Assembly: GCA_050575255.1 (NCBI GenBank)
Contig: JBNZDD010013669.1
Coordinates: 1,074,116 to 1,138,115 of the forward strand
Direction of reading: 5' to 3'
Length of the DNA stretch: 64,000 nucleotides
Origin: Harriotta raleighana
Taxonomy: Eukaryota
This document shows positions 26,001-41,000 of the stretch, piece by piece. The notes beneath the pieces are model-generated. The model was given only the letters and a program-made list of their open reading frames with translations, was not told the origin of the DNA and ran no database searches. The number at the start of each line of letters is the position of its first letter. Within the stretch, counting starts at the first letter, position 1. The translations under genes were made by a program, and so were the position numbers.

Positions 26001-29000
26001 CCGGTTATACAGAAGTTCCGGTTCATAGAGTCACGGATAAATGAGCTTTTATCTTATACTATCCACAAATACACAGTCGATTCACTTTAAAGTATATTTT
26101 GTGAAGCGCTTTGAGACATCGATAAGATGTGAAAAGCACTATATCAAATGCAAGGATTACTATTATTGGTATGTAGTACATTTTCTATCATGAGCTTTCA
26201 TTTCAGCACTGAGGTAATGCAGCCACAATGTGGAAAAGCTTCCTGTTCAGGCAGACACTTGCTGTTGAGTGCCAACACCACAAGCACTTTCAAAAAGTGT
26301 GAAATGTTTCACTTGCCACATGGCACATCAGCCTGTCGGACAGATCAATATTGTAGCACAATAATGTCATTGTATCTGATCCTTCCTCTGCCATTCTTTC
26401 ACCTTGGAGATCACGAGTTCAGTCAGACAGCATAGGCTGGGGAAAACAAACTTGTTTCACGACATCTTTTTGTGGGGGGGATCACATTTCCGAAAACTTG
26501 GAAGAAGTGTTCCCATCTGCAAGTCTGCTTCTCCTTGATCCAGGTCATTTTTCTTCCATACATATTTATGCACTGTGGGATGTTGTGTCTTATTTTTCCA
26601 TCTGGAATGCCAGCCGTTTGAGGATTCATAGATTTCAGTCTCCTGTTGCTGTGCCAACACTTAGCTATTTTTCTTTCAACAAAGCCTCATTCATTGGAGC
26701 CCTGGGTTCTTGCCCTGACAAACCATTTGAATTGAGCATTTTTGATGTCTTGCTATTTTCCGTGCCTTTTCCTTTTTAATGCTGGGTTTTCATTTTCACT
26801 GCATTCTTTCATCAGTTTGTTGCATTCTGATCTATGACACTTAGGATTGGGATCTCTGTCGCTTGTTTCATATGGTGATGGTGAAACAGCGGAGGAAGGG
26901 AAATGCCTGGTTACATCTTCCAACTGCTCGTTATACATCTCTAAAATGTGTTCACTTGCAGACTCTTATTATGAAGCCACTATTTGAAGAAAGATGTGGG
27001 GTTTCTATTTGTAGAACGTGTAGCTTTCCCACAATGTGCAGTGTTCTGAATTTGGATGGTCAGTGTTCCAGGATTCTTGCTATGTATCCTCCGCACCACT
27101 AGATTCAGTTACTATGTCCCGAACCCCTGGAACTGCCTCCCTCTAACCATCCTTCTAGATCCCCTCTATCTGTATAAATCCTACCTCATCATCAGTTCCT
27201 ATGCTAACCTTCCCTTCTTTGCTCGGCATCTGATTCCTGTCTTCATAACATGCTCCCAAGACATTATCCTACGTGAAGGATGCTGTCTAAATGCATTTTC
27301 TTATTATGTGTACAGTACTGCTGTTTTATTCAGTACATGTAGGTCTGGGCAGTGAATTATAGAAGGTTGAGACATTCCACCGAAATCCGGTCTATCTTGT
27401 TTGAAGATACCATGAGACTGTTCGAAAAGGAAAGGGAGTTTCTCCCAATGTCCTGGTCAACAATCCTAATAAAATTGGTTATTCGTTTATTGGCTGTTTG
27501 TGAGACATTACTCAATTGTGCTGCTGCATTTGCCCATAAATACAGTCACCTAATTTCACAGTGAATCCTGCGAAGGCTTTGGGACTCTCTACCCGATGTG
27601 AAAGGTGCTAAACCAAAATGCAAGAATTATTATTATTTATGATTCCTATTGCAAGCAACAAGCACTTAAATCATTTTAGATTGTGAGTAGGTTCATTGAT
27701 CAAAACCTGCATAGTTTAAGAACAAGGGAATACAGAGTACCATGGACTGGATATATTTTAAGGCGTGAAAATTTGTCAGATGTGTCGGATTTTAAGAAGT
27801 TTGCCTTAATAAATTGGTCAGATATTAGGGATGTCAGTGATGTTTAATATTGGAGTGCACCTGAGGGCTGGAGGATGACAAATCATTTCCCCTTGTTCAA
27901 GCAAAGAAGACAACAAAAACCTGGAAATTATAGATTTAGCTGCTCACAAATTCACTGGAATTACTTTCAGAAGGGAAGAATAATAGAAAGTAGGTAAGAT
28001 AGTCATGCAAATTTGGGTCCAATTATTAATGCGTTATTGAAGGCATCCTGCCAATGCAATCTGCTGTCAACAACATGAATTGAATACAAGTTGCATGGTG
28101 AAGACTGCTTATAGCACAAATAGCCGTCGGAATTTTTGCTCCTCTGTCAGAAGATGACGAGGAGAGATAGTGAAGTGAGTGCATGAAAATTATACTTGGT
28201 AAACATCTATTTTTGCAAAATATTCCACTATAAGAAAAAAATGCGCAGCCTGGATTGTTCCAAAAAAGATAATAAAATAAATTATTTTGGCCACAAAATA
28301 CATGAAGTATGAGCCTCTTAGGCTCTCAACGGTGTGATAAGGCACTGAATGAAATGCAAGGATAATTATTATTTTTGCACAGAATAAATATTTATTGAAG
28401 AATTATATGTTGCATACTAAATTAATGCTATGTTACCTTTACATATTAAAAATGTTTACATTTAATTGTTAAATGCTTTTATTTTTTATGTGAACGGTTT
28501 TAAGAAGCTTACATGCAAAATTAAAATTTCAAGTCCAGAAATAAATCTTGTTGTTTAATTTAGAGCTGTCTTGATCTCAACAGATGCCACTGAGATAGGG
28601 AGGAAAATATTCACGCAAATTGATCCTTAATGGTGTATTAAAAACTGTTCAGTATATTAAAGATCCCCCATTAGATTATCTTATGTATGCTGGTTCATTA
28701 TCTACTGATCATAACTTCTGCTTCATGTGGTTCAAACATTGATTAGTTCTCTATGGTTGTGATTTTACCTTTCAGTTTCTGGGCAATGCTGAGGTTGAAC
28801 AACCAAAAGGTACTGAAGTGGTGAAGGATGCTGTGCGTAAACTGAAGGTATAGGTTGCAATTTTTATGAAGTATTTTTGTTCACTTTGTAAAGGAATTAA
28901 AACATGAATATTAAACAAGTGTAGTGTAAGCACCATCTGTATCTAGTTAAGTACAATATTTTCTCCAACTAAAATCACTAAAATGTCATGCAAATACATG

Positions 29001-32000
29001 ATGTTTGTTTTATCAGTTCATTAGCCATTCACCATTTAACTTCTCTCTGTCTTTACCTTCTTTACCTTTGTGTCGCATGCATTGCTTCTCAATGGAGAGT
29101 CTGTCACTGACGTGTTTTGTAGCTTTCCGCTGCTCTTAAATAAAGATTTCACCAGAGGAAACCACAACTTAATTTGTGCAACTTTCTGTTTGTATGAATG
29201 CCTAACTGTAATTTAGTGATTGTAGTTGATCTCATTTTGACATGACTGAAATACAATGAGTCTAATGAATGAAAGTAACAAAAAATGGTCTTGAATTAAG
29301 TGGTCCTTATTTACTAGATGAATAATTAATTAAATGCAAGTTCAGGGAAATAGTTTATTAAACAGATTTAAATAGAATCAGTTTATTAGAAAGGATATTT
29401 AAGGATGAATTATTTATTGGTAGTGAGGAGGAGTTTATGTCATTAATATCCTGAAGGATAGCTGTTAGTTGTTACTTGGTGAAAGAACATTGTGTGTAGA
29501 TTGTATAGACTGTTTCTGAGCTCATAAATCCCCAAGTGAAGGAGAAACACTTAATATACGGTGACTAGTGAGTCTCAATGTAACAGTGCAATCTGCAATA
29601 GAGCAGCAGCAAAGCTCAGTGCATTGATTCCAGAGGTGTTATAGCAGACTGGGTATAAGCGGAAATTCGGGATCAACAATGTTCAGGGCTTAAAATGATG
29701 ATAGCTGGCACCTGGTCGAACGCAATGGGTAGATGGGAATGAATAGAGGTCAATGAAAGTGCACCGTGGGTCTGTCAGCATCTGAAGCTCTTATTCTGGC
29801 CTCTTGTACTGTCTCATCTCAGCTCCAACTCAGCACATCCTTGAGCCTTGAGGTCTGCAGGGTCATTGTGGAATTGCTTTCTAGCTTCCTCTTCCAGTTG
29901 CTGATTGACATGCTGTGCATTTTCAACAGTGGCTTTTTTTAATCTCATCTCATCTGCCCCTGTTCCTTTTGAAAAGAATATTGTGACGAGATGCTTTCTT
30001 GTCTCCAATCACTGTCTTCACTGGGCTGAAGTGCAATGTTCTAAATCTATTGCAACCACTTTAAAAATATACATCTCAGTGACCTTACACTTTCTGGAAG
30101 CATAAAACACAGCCTCATGAGACACCCAGAACAATATCATCTTTACTAAGTGACTCAGTTGTCATGTCATTTGGATGAAAGTAGAAATGCAGCGAAAACA
30201 ATGCTTTTCTTAGATTGCCAATTACATTTTTTTTTACTCAAACCCATATCTTCAAATGAGTGTTTTCTTACCTTCTGCTTTTGTGTGGGCAAACTGGCAA
30301 CATCTGGCGTCTTGTTTTTCTCTTGTTTTCCGTCAGATTGATTGCTGCAATTGAAATCTGAATTGACTGCTTTTCTAGTTCTTGGTGGAACGCATTTTGT
30401 TGCTAAATTAGATTTTCCTGACGATGTTGCCTTTTGAGATGTAGTTTGTAATCTGCACATTTTTAAGCAAAATAATTTCTTGATCAATTATTCAATACTG
30501 GATGTGGCAGGTTCTCGGAAATAAACATAGCTGGAATTTAAGCAACGGAATAATACACAAAAAGTGTTTGAAATGAGCATTACACCAGGAAGCTGGAAGA
30601 TTCTGCTGATGTGCCATGATTATATTATCATGAAAAAGGCATTGTTGATGTGGAAGGCACTTTTGTTCAATCCTATTTTGTTCATGGGTTTCACAAAATT
30701 TGACAGGGGATATGATGCAGATATAAATGGAAATTTGTACAGAATTGGAGAGAAGAATATGCTGTTGATTAACTTATCACTAAATAGAAGAAACCCAATG
30801 AACATTTTAGTTTTCACCAACAAACATTATTTTCATTTCCATGCCATACAGGTAACATAAAATTTCCAAAATATCATGTCACAATTAAGAGCAGATGACA
30901 TTGAAAGATGGTATGGATTAACTGTAAATTTTTATTTGTGTTTGACTGCTATTTTGACTGTTTAACCACTAAAATCATTAAAGACAAAATATACAAGGTA
31001 TGATTTGTGTTCTCCAGCTGGTTGTTCTGCTCTCCAGTTTCCTGCCATGTGTTCTTCGGCTCTTTTAAACATTTTTCGCCACTGAGTTTCAGTATGGTTT
31101 TATTGGAAATCCAACTGAAAGCATTTATTTAAAACATGCGAGGAGGGCTTGGTAATTCAATGGGGATCCCCATTAGCATGGGAGAAAACTGCTCAATATT
31201 TACTCTCAATAGAAGAAGAACAAGAAAGAATTGAAAATGGCTACCAGAAAAAAGTACAAGGGCTCCCTCTGCCAGTATCCTGTCACTTTGCATTAGTAGT
31301 GCCTCCTTTATTTCTTCCAAAAGTAAGCAGGCTGCACAGATCAACAGCTTTATTGGAATTCACTCTTTTTGTTCCCACTGGGCAAAGAACCAAATTATGA
31401 CCCATTTTGTTTTCTCTTGGCAATCCCAGCACTAGTGCCCTTACCATCGAGCTCAGTCAGAATTGGCCATTTTCTACAGTTCTCTTTGGATATGCCTGAC
31501 ATTCTGTATCATAAGGTTGTTTGCTATTCCATTTTGAATAATAAGCTTCTGTGCTGTAGATCTCCCCCATACTGTGTTCTTCAGTTATACGAATGCAACA
31601 ACCTTGGTTTGGTGAGACTGATAATGTCACCTAGAACTGAGTGTAATAGTGCATTTTATTGAACAGGAAAGTACAATCTTCAGGTCCCAATAGGCCTGAA
31701 ATTCCATCTCTTCTGCATTCATAAGATCATTTTGTCTTGAATTGTGGAACATTCTCTATTTAGAAATAATTTGGAAGCTATTTCCCTATATAATTACATT
31801 TACAACACTGTTACCAGTTGGATTTTATTACCTTTCATGTCAGGAGGGCAAAACAAACTAGCATCTAAATTAACACTGAATTCACAAATATTTTCAGAAT
31901 TTCACAATTTATCACAATTCAGCCAAATCTTAAAAAGTTTAAGACATGGTCGTGGTGTTTAAGTGTAGGTGCAATTTCAGGCCTCAGATTAACAACACAG

Positions 32001-35000
32001 TAACAACAAAATTACATTTTTATAGCGCCTTTCACATCAGAAGGACATCCCAAGGTGCTGGAGTTGTGAGATCAGGTGTAATCATCCCTTTTCAGATTGT
32101 ATGCAATTGTGTAGTTAATGTAACACAAACTAATGCAAGAAAGTAATAGCATTTCATCTTAAATGCTGAATAAATCAGGCTTTTAAATCCTGACATTCCA
32201 TTTCTTTGTCAGGACTTGTTTGGACTGATTTGGTAACAGTGTGACACTGGGCCAAATTCACTTGTGAAAGTCTGTAAAATAGCCAACAGTATGGAATGAG
32301 AAGGTCATAGATGTTTACATGTTTTGGAATGTGTTCTGGTTTTAAAACCACTTCCTCTTGCCTAGAATCAATTATTTATGTTATTATTTAAATATTTTTA
32401 GCAAATCCTAACTCTGTACTTTGAAGAAACTCACTGTGCAGGAAAGCTGCCGTCACCTTGACATGCTGGCTCATAATTTGGACAACACCAGTTATTAGAT
32501 ATTGATCTTTCATTCAGAGGCCAGAGTCCACATAGGAATGACTTTCCCAACTCCAGTATATAACCCCCATCTGTAGATTGGAATACAGTGAAACCTTGTT
32601 TATCCGGCACGCTCGGGGGATCGACTAATTGACTCTGCCGGATAAACGGGGGTCAAGTCGCCGAAAACCCAACATAAAATATTAACTTATTTTAAAATAT
32701 ACCATGTTAATAATAGACTACATAGAAACAGAATATTGTGTGGATACTTACCAATAAAACATTCCAGCACAGTCAGGAAAAAATCGGTAAAACAGCATTT
32801 TTTACCGATCGGTGAAAACCCAAGTGCGTAACTTTACTAAGTACGCATGAGCACACATTGCACGCATGCGCAAAGTGAGCAAACTCACGATTTTGCAATG
32901 GGGAATTGCCCCGGGAGGGAGTTGAGCAATTGAATCGGGTTACGGTTGATCGGGTCACGGATGAACGAGGTTTTATTGTATCTTAATGCAGAAACCATTG
33001 TCTTGGAGTGGGGATAATTGCCCTGAAACCCTATGTGCTACTTTCAGCCAATGCAATTGGTACTGAAATTTAATTTCACTCTACAATTTTAATTGACATT
33101 TTTATAGTGCATTTCACATCAAGCAAATGTCCCTAGGTGCAAAACTCGAGTTTTGCAAAAGGAATGGAAATTAAGGAGGGAGAGTTTTCCCAATGTTGTT
33201 ATGCAGCAAAATTTAGTAAAAGATTATACAGTAAAAGCCTGTTTATCCGGCATCCACGTGATCTGGCCAGTGCCGGTTAAACAGCTTTCCGATTGAACTA
33301 TTTTTAAAATTAAAAATGATTTGAACACATACCATGTTAATAATAGACTAAATAATAACAGATAATAACAATATTGTATGGATATTTTATTGTAAATGTT
33401 GTACACTGTACAATATAAATAAAAGCGTAAATACAGTAATAATAGCTACTGTAATAACAGAATATTGTATGGCTACTTTATTGTAAATGTTGAAGAATAC
33501 TATAGAAATAATAGAGTAAATACACTAATAACAGATACTATAATAACAGAATATTGTATTAGCACTTTATTATTTATACTTAACTTCTGCAATGGCCACC
33601 ACGGGAAGAAAACAAAACGGCAGCGCAACTTTAAAAAAAAACGGCTGTAGGCTCTTTAGGCTCAACCAGTGGCCAGCCGAAATACCTGCACAGTACTCGT
33701 GTGCAACAATCGATTCATTAAATGCGTCATCGGTATTCTGCCGGAAAACTTCCGGTTTATCGAATCGGGACTTTTTTTTGAGGTGCCGGTTCAACGGATT
33801 TTCCAGTTCATCGAGTCATGGATAAATGGGCTTTTACTGTATTTATATATTCATCATCCCATTGAAGATTGATAGTGAAGTATGCTCCAAAGTATACAAA
33901 TTTCTGTTTTACTAAGTAATATTTCAAATCACTTTGTTGCTTTGTTACCCTCATTGGGAAAGGGGGTTGGGAAAGCAAACAAGTCACATTTCAGTTTATT
34001 AACTTTTTTTTTAAAAAAAATCCTTTCTTAGATTGCCCTAAACTTTAACCTGTTTCAATTACAGAAGAACACCAGTCCACGAACAGCTCCAAACAAAAGC
34101 GTGAGCATTACCAGAACAATAATCAAATAATAAATAATAATCCTTGCATTTGATATAGTGCCTTATCACATCAATGTGACTTCTCAAAGCGCTTCACATA
34201 ATATATTGTAAAATTAATTGATTGTATACTTTGTGGGCAAATCGCAACAACCAGTTGTGCACAGCAGTGTCCCACAAACTGTCATGGATTGAGTGACCAA
34301 CTGAATTTTTTTGTTTTTGAAGGGATTATCACCCCTGGAAAAGTGATCTGCCAATCAATTTAACAATTAGATTCCTCTTATCATTAGGTGAACAGGGGTA
34401 TAAGGAAATTTGGCCAACATTTCACCTTACTCGGGAATCAAACCCAAGTCCTCTCGCTTGCGAGGCGAGTGCTCTAACCACTGAACTATAGGACTCTACG
34501 CTACAGAACAGCCACTAGATAGTATGGCATCTAACTAGCTCCTTTGTGACAAGCCTAGCCAAGGGATAGCAGAATTGAGTCAGCTCTGTAAACTGCTAAT
34601 CCAATCCCTCAGCCTAACTGCTCCACAGGGAACCCTTGACGATTGCCCAACCTGCCTGGTTCATCAATGGGGCTCAGAGGGGTGAGTGTGTCCCTTGTGG
34701 ATGGGAAGTTTCCCACACAGCTTCTGATAATGTTGCAAAACATAGCTCAGAATGGGTAGGCAAATCCTTATAGGATAACCAAGGGAAATCTTCATGTTGA
34801 TAACTTCAAGGTTGGTAGCTTTAAGGTTCAAATGAAGTAGAGCTCCAATGTACTGACACGAATGCCTTCGCTTGTAGCAATTGGGCAGAGACAAATAAGG
34901 TGTGTCCTTTAATACATGAAAATATTTTATTTTGCTCTCTTTGGAGTATAGCTGCTCCTTTATTTATGGGGCCAGTTGTATGACAGCCACTGAGTTGATG

Positions 35001-38000
35001 CACTGAAGGCAGAACCGCAATTTGAAGTTGAAAAGCAATTATATTAGCTGATCTGAATGCCGTTGGCTATATTCAAGGAACAAAAAGCTCTCGTGTGTTT
35101 GTTTAGAGATAAATGCCTGTTCAATGCTCAACTAACTGACTCTGTATACCATACATTTGTTGGCGGGAGGTTGTTAATGAACTAGTAGAATATGCTGATC
35201 TTCTGGCAATGTATAAATAAATAGACTAAAGGTATTTTTGTACATTTAAACTGGTGGCAGTAAAATCTACTGGGATTGATTTCGGGAATGGGATTCAAAC
35301 TCTAGAACTCTAAAACTATATACTTAAGATGGGGAATTAGATTACTGTGGCACTTTGACCACTCAGAATTATGGATAAATTGTGGAATGAGAGTTTGACT
35401 TGCATGCAGAGCCCAGTGAACATTCTGTAACTATTAATGTTCTGAGCTGTTCTGCAGCTGAAGGTAGAGAGTTTTATTACTATGGTTTTCCTTCCTCTGT
35501 GTCTGCCGAAAACACAAAGACGGTTCCATTCTGGAGCCTGTAGTTGAAGACACATGGGAGTCATCTCAAAATCCTAGTGATTTCATGAATTATGTGACGT
35601 AAAGAAACTGGTTATTTTAGGGTGATTAACATTAGGATTGATAGAGAGAAACAACAGGACCAGATAAAACCCATTTACTTATCTAAACTTTGCACTTGTG
35701 GTAAAACGCATTGCAGAGAGATGCACAAAGCTTCTGTTCCTGTTCTCACTTCATTTTTAGTTGCAATTGCGCTTTACAAAAACATAATTCAAATATTTAC
35801 GTGTTCTTTAAAAGGTTTGACTTTGAATGTTTATGGATTTTAATACTTTTCCCGCATTTTTAATGGTTATTTCTTCATATTTTGAAGAAGCACAATTTTA
35901 ATATTAAAAAGCAAGATGTGTGAAATAAAGAAACTTTCAATGCATTGTGTGTTTTACAGTTTGCAAGGCATATAAAAAAATCTGAAGGTCAAAAAACACC
36001 CAAAGTTGAATTGCAGATTTCCATCTATGGGGTCAAAGTTCTGGACTCTAAGTCAAAGGTAATAATATTAACCCTTCATTTGATACATAGCACCTTATCT
36101 AATTGTCAAAACTTCTTAGTGAGATTCATAAGAATTATGGCAAATTTACTGACTATATTTTGTAGGTGAAATTCAACTTGGGTCCAGATTATTTTCATTA
36201 CTCTTAATAGTGTCCAGGATTTGGCAAGTTTTTAACAGTCTTAATTTTGAAGCTGTTTCTGTTGTGAAGGATTAAAGTTTCTAATTTTTCCTTTCGATTG
36301 CAGGAAATTCTGCATAACTGCCAGTTGCATCGAATATCCTTCTGTGCTGACGACAAAACAGACAAGAGGATATTCACTTTTATTTGCAAAGATGCCGAGT
36401 CAAATAAACATATGTGTTATGTGTTTGATAGTGAAAAGTGTGTAAGTAAACCATAAATCCTCTAAGCTTCCATGGCTTGCTCACCACTTTTTCAGTATTC
36501 ACTAGCGAGGGGAGCAACAAAGATAATAATCATGGTTAGAGGCATGATCCACAAGTTACAATTCTTTAAATTCAAAGAGAGACTTCCCAGATGTGATCTT
36601 ATAAAGGTGTATGAAATTTTAAATGCGATTGAGAAAATAAACGAGAGGGCTCAAGTTTAGGGTAGCAAAAGTTCAGGATAGATACTAGAAAACAGTATTT
36701 CTTATCCCAGAGGGTAAATAACAATAATAACATGTTTCCAGGAAACACTATTGACAACAAATCACTTAAGAACAGCTTGAGGTTGTGAAGGAAGGAAGGT
36801 AGGGTGAGTTCTCAGGAAGAATGAGCACAAGTTGGTCGATTAGTCTTCATCAACAGACCCAATCTTGGAAACTTATCAAGCAGTGATCAACATTTTGATC
36901 TAAAGCACCAACCTCTAAAGCAGTGGTTCCCAACCTCGGTCCCAACCCAAATCAGCGTCTGGGGTTCTTCAGTTGGGTCCCAAAGGATCATCTGAATTTT
37001 TTGTTGTTGCTTTTTTTAAATGCTGAAAATACTTTCTTTATTGCTGAAAAGTGCCCAAGGTGACACCACCGACCGACCAATTTGTATGAAAGACCATACT
37101 TACAAATTGCGTTGAGTCCACAAAAGAGACGGCGATATCGTCTTGGCTGAGCTTTGTTTCAGTCATGATGTCGCCCCTTAAGGGTGAGAGAACTTGTTGG
37201 AGGCCAATTTAGAGTCGCAGTGAAAAAAGGTTGGAAACCACTGCTTTAAAGCTTCCATTAGAGGCAGGTTTGGGTTCAATTGTGAACGCATTGCAGTACA
37301 AGCTACAAACCTGGCCCATTAATCTGATCTATTTGCAATTGCCATAAGGTGTCCCCATTTGTACAACTCTGAATCCTTTCAAAGGTCTGGTCATGAATCC
37401 CTTAAGAATGGAGTTGCACTCTATTTTCTAAATGCCTTCAATCTTTTCCAGGCTGAAGAAATAACTTTAACTATCGGACAAGCTTTTGATTTGGCCTACA
37501 AGAAGTTCCTGGAATCTGGAGGAAAAGATGTTGAAACAAGAAAACAGATTGCCAATTTGCAAAAGAGAGTAAGTTGAAATAGTAATGCAAACCGTAAGGG
37601 GGCTTCAAAAATGATTTTTGATATTTAAGTTTTGGATGTGATTTGTCAAAAGTCTTGTACTATAGACTGCTCTCAAGCACTTTGAGATGTCCTTCCTACT
37701 TGAAAAGTGCTGTATAAATATAAATTGCATTGCATTATATTTTTTTTTTACTTCCCATCTTGTCAAACTCATTTCTGTAATATATATTCAATATAGACCA
37801 TTATATCTTTTTTTTTTAAAAAAAGATTCGGAGACCATGACTTATTTTCCCTACAGTAAACTCCGGATTGAACTCTTATTTTAATATTTCCTGCAACAAA
37901 ATTTTCATGCGTTAGTTTACCACTTTCCATGCCAATTTTGAAATATTTTGTAATTGTATCAATTTAATTTTGACTATGCAGTGATCGTGTCTGCAAGCTT

Positions 38001-41000
38001 TGTGTTACCACCAGCATATATTTACATTTATGCTAATAGTACATTCTGTGCTATCGTGCACACTATCCATTACTACATAATTCACTAGTGAAACAGAGAT
38101 ACATTATCAACAAGCATTGGGATCCATCCCTATTTATGTACTATATAGTTCAATTTGCTTTTCCTTTGAAATCTACTGAATGTTTAAACAGTTGTACCAA
38201 TAAACCCAAGCTGTTTTTGTTTTATGGCATGTTAAATAGTTCAGCGTCCACATTGGACAAATTTTCCCTCCTTGTTGGGAGTGAGGGAGAATGAAGTGCA
38301 AATGACTACAGTTTGTGTTAATTGTAATACTCCTTCAGGATCAGTGAGTTCTGAGACCTTCTGTTACCTGCAGTCGCTGTGCATTTGTGGGTGAGTGCAG
38401 CTGCCTATTTGCGTAGAACAATGTCCCGCAAACAGTCAGGCAGTGAATAATCAGGATTAACTGGAAGATTGCTTGCCAGGATAGGCCCCTCTCCTTGTCT
38501 TGAGTAACGTCATGGGTTCTTCAGAGGATAGAATTCAAAATCAACGTCCTCACTTTCAAGGCATTCCATGGCCTTGCCCTCCCGCCACGATACCCCCACT
38601 TCTCTGACCTGCTGAACCCCCTATCAACCAGTCCGCTCCCTCCGTTCAGCAGGCTCTGGCCTGCTCCGTGTCTCCCGCCCGACCTACCCTACCATCAGCG
38701 GCCAGGCATTCAGCTTCTCTGTCCCCACCCTTTGCAATTCCATCCGTCAATCCCTTCGCCTTACTCCCTCACTTTCCTCCTTCAAGACCCGACTCAAGAC
38801 TCTCCTTTTCGACCAAGCGATCAGCTGTCCTCCTATCTTTTTGCCCTACCTCATCCTAACCCTGCCCCCACCACCCCCACATCTACTGCCACATGCTTGT
38901 GTCCTAACTCCCGACTGTTCAGTGCTTTGAGACATCCTCCCGATGTGAGAGACACTTTACAAATGTAATTATGTTGTTGTTGGTATACAACTGAACAGGC
39001 AAACAGACCTTGGTTTAAAGTCTCAACCAAGGATGACACTTCAAATACTCAGTGCTTCCCCCAGCGCTGCATTGGAACATCAGCATACACCGTAAACTCC
39101 ACATGGTGGTTTTTGAACTCACAAACTTCTGACCCAGAATGAGCCAGACAGCATCGAGCTGGTTTCTTAGACAACTTTATAACGTGGCTTAACCTACAAG
39201 AGGATGCCCACACATTTATTATCGTGCAATGAGTTTTCACTTTTTTTCCTTTAAACGTGCACAAAAGTTAAACCTTAAGATCTTTGGCCACTGCAGTTGG
39301 GCAGTTTTTAACAGATTAAGGTTATTTTGCAGATTCAGGAGCTGGAAACCGAAAACAGTGAATTGAAAAAGAAAGTTCAGGAACTGGAGGATAAAGTCAA
39401 GGCTACTCAATCTCCTCAATCACCAGTAAGTGCACAGAAACCAAAGTTAAGTTGCCTTGTTCCATTTTGCTACTGATGATGTTAAACTGTGCAAAATAGA
39501 AAAGTCGGCATTTCACTGCAGAGGAGACCTCCGCACAGTAGATCGTGCAACTCTGCTCTCTATCTCTCCCATCTCCACACATTCTGTCATTACCTTAAAT
39601 GCAGTTTTGAACCTGCATTGATCATTAAGATGAGCAGTTTGTTTTTGCACTCCATGTGATGGATTAAAATGTAGAGCATTTGTTTTTCCCTCAAGCAATC
39701 AGAACAAAAATCTATGTTTATCCGATGCTGTATGAGAGTTTCGTTTTTGATCCATACTTTTGGGTTTAATAATCTCAAAGACCTGTTTAGGCTTTAGTGA
39801 TGTGTTTTCCCTACCAGTTAATAGAAATGGTTCTAAGAAAAAGACTTGCTCGTTCTCTGATTCATTTCTAGTACAGGCAGTCCTCTAGTTACGACGTTTC
39901 GAGGTACGACAATTCGAAGTTACGACACTTAAAATCAGTAAAATTACGTCCGAGTTACATCCAAGTTCTCGAAGTTACGACACTACTATGTAAATACTTT
40001 AGTTGCCCCACGCGCGATAGAAAACTGGAGTCGCCGCTCTCAACACTTACGGGACCACGATACGCGTTCAGGACAGGAACAGGATGGAGGCGAGACGCGA
40101 GTGTGTACTGTACAGGTACTGTGTGAGTCTGTGAGCTCGGCGGGACAGTACTCTCCAGCCTTTAGACTGCGCTACGTCACGTGTGATCTGCGTTGCGCTA
40201 CGTCACGCGTGATCTGCGTTGCGCTACGTCACATGTGATCTCCTGCGTTGCGCTACATCGCGTGTGATCTCCTGTGTTGCGCTACATCGAGTGCCAGACT
40301 CACAATGAAGCCATGTAAGTATAGTAATATTTTATTTTATTTACAGTACTGTACATATTAGGAGGGGTGCAGGGGAGAGAAGGCAGCCCACTATATACTA
40401 CAACTAATCACTGTATGTTACTGTAAGCATTATAGGGGGGTGACTCAACTTATATACAAATTCGACTTACACCACATCTTAGGAACCTAACCCTGACGTA
40501 ACTTGAGGACTGCCTGTACCTTGAATAAGACCATTAATTTGCAGGATTTTGTGTAATACAGTAAAAACTTGTTTATCTGGCATCCACGGGACCTGGCCCG
40601 TGGCGGTTAAAGGTTTGCCGGTTGAACATTTAAAAAAAAATTTTTTTTAGACGGAAATAATTACAAAATAAATACATAAATAATTTACATTTTAAATTAT
40701 TTTAACACATACCATATTAATAATAGATTAAATAATAACAGATAATAACAATATTGTATGGGTATTTTATTGTAAATGTTGTACCAAAAAATAATAGAGT
40801 AAATATAGTAATGACAGATACTGTAATAACAGAATATTGTATGGCTACTTTATTGTAAATGTTGAACAATACTATACAAATAATAGACTAAATACACTAA
40901 TAACAGATACTATAATAACAGAATATTGTATTTGTACTTTATTATTTATAATTAACTTCTGCAATGGCAGCCATGGGAGAAAAACTAAGCGGCATCAGCG

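Noticed and set aside
25785-26090. Triple repeat of a MITE end resembling a repeat-spacer array
   Set aside because: Joined by Ns at 25898 and 25985; assembly artefact, not CRISPR or satellite
29590-30130. Possible degraded LINE ORF2 on the minus strand
   Set aside because: Too decayed to assign from sequence alone
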